Source of the DNA: Polyangiaceae bacterium
Lineage (GTDB): Bacteria; Myxococcota_A; Polyangia; Polyangiales; Polyangiaceae
Direction: 5' to 3'
Assembly (NCBI GenBank): GCA_050287085.1
Contig: JBNKBE010000008.1
Location: 84,431 to 148,430, forward strand
DNA: 64,000 nt
Part shown: one piece after another, positions 60,744-64,000 of the stretch
How positions within the stretch are numbered: the stretch's first letter is position 1
Layout of the letters: each line of letters opens with the position of its first letter
Position numbers and translations under genes: made by a program
Notes under the pieces: generated by a model
Told to the model about the DNA's origin: nothing
Database searches by the model: none
The model's input: only the letters and a program-made list of their open reading frames with translations

Positions 60744-63700
60744 ATGAGCAGCACGGAAGCAAAAGAAAAGAACTACCCCGACGTCAAGGCTACCCCGGAT
60801 TTTCCGAGCATTGAGCGAGATGTGCTGCAGCGATGGCAGCAAGAACGCTCCTTTGAACGCTCGGTGTCGGCGCGCTCGGCGGAGCGCGAATACGTGTTCT
60901 ACGACGGGCCGCCTTTTGCCAATGGCTTGCCCCACTACGGCCATTTGCTGACCGGCTACGTCAAGGATATCGTACCGCGTTACCAAACCATGCGCGGGCA
61001 GCGGGTGGAGCGCCGCTTTGGGTGGGATTGTCACGGTCTTCCCGCGGAAATGGAGTCGGAGAAGCAGCTCGGGATCTCGGGACGCGCCGCGATCGAGGAA
61101 TACGGGATCGCTCGTTTCAACGAAGCCTGTCAAACATCCGTCTTGCGCTACACGGGTGAGTGGCGTGAGTACGTCACCCGTCAGGCTCGGTGGGTCGACT
61201 TCGACAACGACTACAAGACCATGGACCTCTCCTACATGGAGAGCGTGATGTGGGCCTTCAAGCAGCTTTGGGACAAGGGGCTCATCTACGAAGGGCACCG
61301 CGTGATGCCCTATTCGTGGGCGGCGGAGACCCCCCTCTCCAACTTCGAGATTCGGATGGATAACAGCTACCGATCGCGGCAGGATCCTGCCGTTACGGTA
61401 CGCTTTCAACTCGAGCCGGCGGAGGGCGACGCTACCCCGACATTCATCTTGGTGTGGACGACCACGCCCTGGACCTTGCCCAGCAACCTCGCGCTGGCGG
61501 TTGGGGCTGACATTTCCTACGCGCAATACGAGCGCGATGGGGAGTACCTCATCGTGGGTGAAGCCACCGTCGAGAAATACGCCGCCGAGCTGGAAGGCTG
61601 GACGCGGGTGAAAGCCCTGCTGGGGCGCGAGCTCGTGGGGCGTCGCTATCGGCCGATCTTCGACTACTTCGCCGACCATCCGAACGCTTTCCGGGTGCTG
61701 GCGGCCGACTTCGTAGACACCGAAGAGGGCACGGGCACGGTCCACCTAGCGCCCGGCTTTGGTGAAGACGATCAGCGCGTGTGCGAGGCCGAAGGCATTG
61801 AGCTCGTCTGCCCGGTTGATGAGAAGGGACGTTTCACCGCGGAGATTAGCGAATTCGCGGGGCAGAACGTGCTGGAGGCGAATAAGGCCGTCATCGCCTG
61901 GCTCAAGCAACACGACGTCTTGTTCAAGCACCTCACCTACGACCACAACTACCCGCACTGCTGGCGTACCGATCAACCGCTCATCTACAAGGCGCTCAGC
62001 TCTTGGTACGTGCGGGTCACGGACTTTCGGGATCGGATGGTGGAGCTCAACCAGGAGATCCACTGGATCCCGGAGCGGATCAAAGACGGACAGTTCGGCA
62101 AATGGCTGGCCGGCGCACGTGACTGGAGCATCAGTCGCAACCGCTTCTGGGGCGCGCCTATCCCGGTTTGGAAAAGTGACGACCCCAACTATCCGCGTAT
62201 CGACGTCTACGGAAGCCTAGATGAGCTGGAGCGAGACTTTGGGGTCCGCCCGGACAACCTGCACCGGCCTTTCGTCGACGACCTTGTTCGCCCCAATCCT
62301 GACGACCCCAGCGGCAAGAGCATGATGCGCAGGGTGCCGGAGGTGCTGGACTGCTGGTTTGAGTCCGGCGCGATGCCCTTTGCTCAGGTCCATTACCCCT
62401 TTGAGAATAAGGAATGGTTTGAAGCGCATTTCCCGGCGGACTTCATCGTTGAATATATCGGGCAGACCCGCGGTTGGTTCTACACGTTGATGGTGCTCGG
62501 AACGGCGCTATTTGACCGTCCGCCGTTTCGCAACTGTATCTGTCACGGTATCGTTCTCGACGAAAACGCCAAGAAGCTGAGCAAGAAGCTGCGCAACTAT
62601 CCCGATCCCATGGAGATGTGCGACACCTACGGCTCGGATGCGTTGCGCTGGTTCCTGGTGTCGAGTCCGATCCTGCGCGGGGGTGATCTGCAGATCGATA
62701 AGGAAGGGGTCGGCATCAAAGACGTGATGCGCCTGGTGCTAAACCCCATCTACAACGCGTATTACTTCTTCACATTATACGCAAATAGCGACGGCGTGAG
62801 CGCCGCTTTCCGCACCGATCAAACGCAGCAACTCGACCGCTATTTGCTCGCGAAAACACACGTCTTGGCCAAGGCCGTGACCGAGGCCATGGACGGCTAC
62901 GACATTGCCTCTGCGTGCGCCCATGTGTCGTCGTTTCTCGACGCCATGAACAACTGGTATATCCGCCGCAGCCGCGCGCGCTTCTGGAAAGAGGAGCGGG
63001 ACCAGGACAAGCAAGACGCCTACGATACGTTGTACACTGTATTGCTCACCGTCAGCCGGCTCTGCGCGCCGCTATTGCCCTTGCTTGCAGAACACGTCTA
63101 CAGCGGCCTGGTGGTGGGTGCCAAAGAGCGCGCCGAGAGCGTTCATCTGCAGCCATGGCCTGACGCGGACGTGTTTCCGGACGATCCCGAGCTCGTGGCG
63201 GCCATGGACGAAACGCGGGAAGTGTGTTCGGCGGCGCTATCGCTCCGTGATAGTCACAAGCTGCGGACGCGATTGCCGCTACAAACGCTCACGATCGCGG
63301 GACGCGTTAGCCCAGCGCTCCGCGACGCTCGGGACATCATCGCAGACGAGGTCAACGTTAAACACGTGGCTTTCTCTGACGACGCGGCGGCTTTCGGTCA
63401 GTTTGAGCTTCTTGTAAACGCCAAAGCTGTCGGCAAAAAGTTGGGGCCCGACATGAAGCGGGTGATGGCGGCGTCCAAGTCTGGAGACTGGGAGCAGAAT
63501 GGCGACGGATCGGCTCGCGTCGGCCCAGCCACCTTGCAAGTCGGTGAGTTCTCGCTTCGGCTGCGGAGCAAGGACGGCATCGCCAGTGCCGCGTTGCCCT
63601 CCAATCAAACCTTGGTTGCGCTCGACACGGTGGTAACGCCCGGCTTGTGGCAAGAGGGCGTCGCTCGCGACGTCGTGCGTCTCGTGCAGCAGGCCCGCAA

Positions 63701-63935
63701 AGAGGCGGATTTGCACATTGCCGATCGGATCGAGCTTGGCCTTTCCGTGGAGGGCACCAACGCGGAGTCGGTGGCGGCTGCGATTACCTCGTTCGAAGCC
63801 TACATCCGAGAGCAAACGCTGGCTTCAAGCTTTGCCAGGACAGCTTTGGCAGAGCAGACCTTCCACACGACCCAAGTCGTGGAAGGCGCCAGCGTGACGC
63901 TCTCTTTGCGTCGCAGTGACCGAGCGTCGCAGTGA
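60744..63935 (+). CDS. ileS: Isoleucine--tRNA ligase, type 2
   Basis: [46 protein letters not shown]; no C-terminal zinc-finger Cys cluster. Confidence 0.96.
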   Translation: MSSTEAKEKNYPDVKATPDFPSIERDVLQRWQQERSFERSVSARSAEREYVFYDGPPFANGLPHYGHLLTGYVKDIVPRYQTMRGQRVERRFGWDCHGLPAEMESEKQLGISGRAAIEEYGIARFNEACQTSVLRYTGEWREYVTRQARWVDFDNDYKTMDLSYMESVMWAFKQLWDKGLIYEGHRVMPYSWAAETPLSNFEIRMDNSYRSRQDPAVTVRFQLEPAEGDATPTFILVWTTTPWTLPSNLALAVGADISYAQYERDGEYLIVGEATVEKYAAELEGWTRVKALLGRELVGRRYRPIFDYFADHPNAFRVLAADFVDTEEGTGTVHLAPGFGEDDQRVCEAEGIELVCPVDEKGRFTAEISEFAGQNVLEANKAVIAWLKQHDVLFKHLTYDHNYPHCWRTDQPLIYKALSSWYVRVTDFRDRMVELNQEIHWIPERIKDGQFGKWLAGARDWSISRNRFWGAPIPVWKSDDPNYPRIDVYGSLDELERDFGVRPDNLHRPFVDDLVRPNPDDPSGKSMMRRVPEVLDCWFESGAMPFAQVHYPFENKEWFEAHFPADFIVEYIGQTRGWFYTLMVLGTALFDRPPFRNCICHGIVLDENAKKLSKKLRNYPDPMEMCDTYGSDALRWFLVSSPILRGGDLQIDKEGVGIKDVMRLVLNPIYNAYYFFTLYANSDGVSAAFRTDQTQQLDRYLLAKTHVLAKAVTEAMDGYDIASACAHVSSFLDAMNNWYIRRSRARFWKEERDQDKQDAYDTLYTVLLTVSRLCAPLLPLLAEHVYSGLVVGAKERAESVHLQPWPDADVFPDDPELVAAMDETREVCSAALSLRDSHKLRTRLPLQTLTIAGRVSPALRDARDIIADEVNVKHVAFSDDAAAFGQFELLVNAKAVGKKLGPDMKRVMAASKSGDWEQNGDGSARVGPATLQVGEFSLRLRSKDGIASAALPSNQTLVALDTVVTPGLWQEGVARDVVRLVQQARKEADLHIADRIELGLSVEGTNAESVAAAITSFEAYIREQTLASSFARTALAEQTFHTTQVVEGASVTLSLRRSDRASQ

Positions 63936-64000
63936 CCGAGCGTCGCAGTGACCGAGCGTCGCAGTGACCGAGCGTCGCAGTGACCGAGCGTCGCAGTGAC
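63908..64000. repeat. Perfect 16-bp tandem repeat, at least 5.8 copies, overlapping the ileS stop and running off the window
   Basis: gcgtcgcagtgaccga units from 63908. Confidence 0.95.

Noticed and set aside
63908..64000. CRISPR array
   Set aside because: Head-to-tail 16-bp units with no spacers, and no cas genes in the window

Overview
GC-rich chromosomal window whose gene content points to a myxobacterium (Myxococcota, probably Polyangiaceae-like; inferred from gene families, not from a search). The left half is mostly core genes: an ExbB/TolQ-ExbD-ExbD (AglRQS-like) motor operon, 5-oxoprolinase, clpS-clpA, a 2-oxoacid:ferredoxin oxidoreductase, a sigma-54 response regulator, queA-tgt, RNase P RNA, an RpoH-like sigma factor, an A-type Fe-S carrier, xerC, DAHP synthase and a stand-alone EF-G paralogue. 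The right half is an accessory region of secreted proteins and lipoproteins: a minimal PBP, Cys-rich proteins, an ECF sigma cassette, a large multidomain S8 protease, an esterase and a cytochrome P460-family protein. It also holds tRNA-Gly(GCC) and a type-2 IleRS. No CRISPR array, rRNA or intact mobile element was seen. The best leads are: (1) a compact signal-anchored polymorphic-toxin-like protein translationally coupled to a CPCC Cys-rich putative immunity gene; (2) a tandem pseudo-histidine kinase next to a single-domain receiver and a possible pseudo-Ser/Thr kinase; (3) a 25-bp-phased triple palindromic operator upstream of the motor operon; (4) a window-wide set of short tandem duplications, many at gene ends; (5) a 46-aa basic ORF missing from the ORF track; (6) structured intergenic elements. 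All product calls rest on motif recognition by eye.
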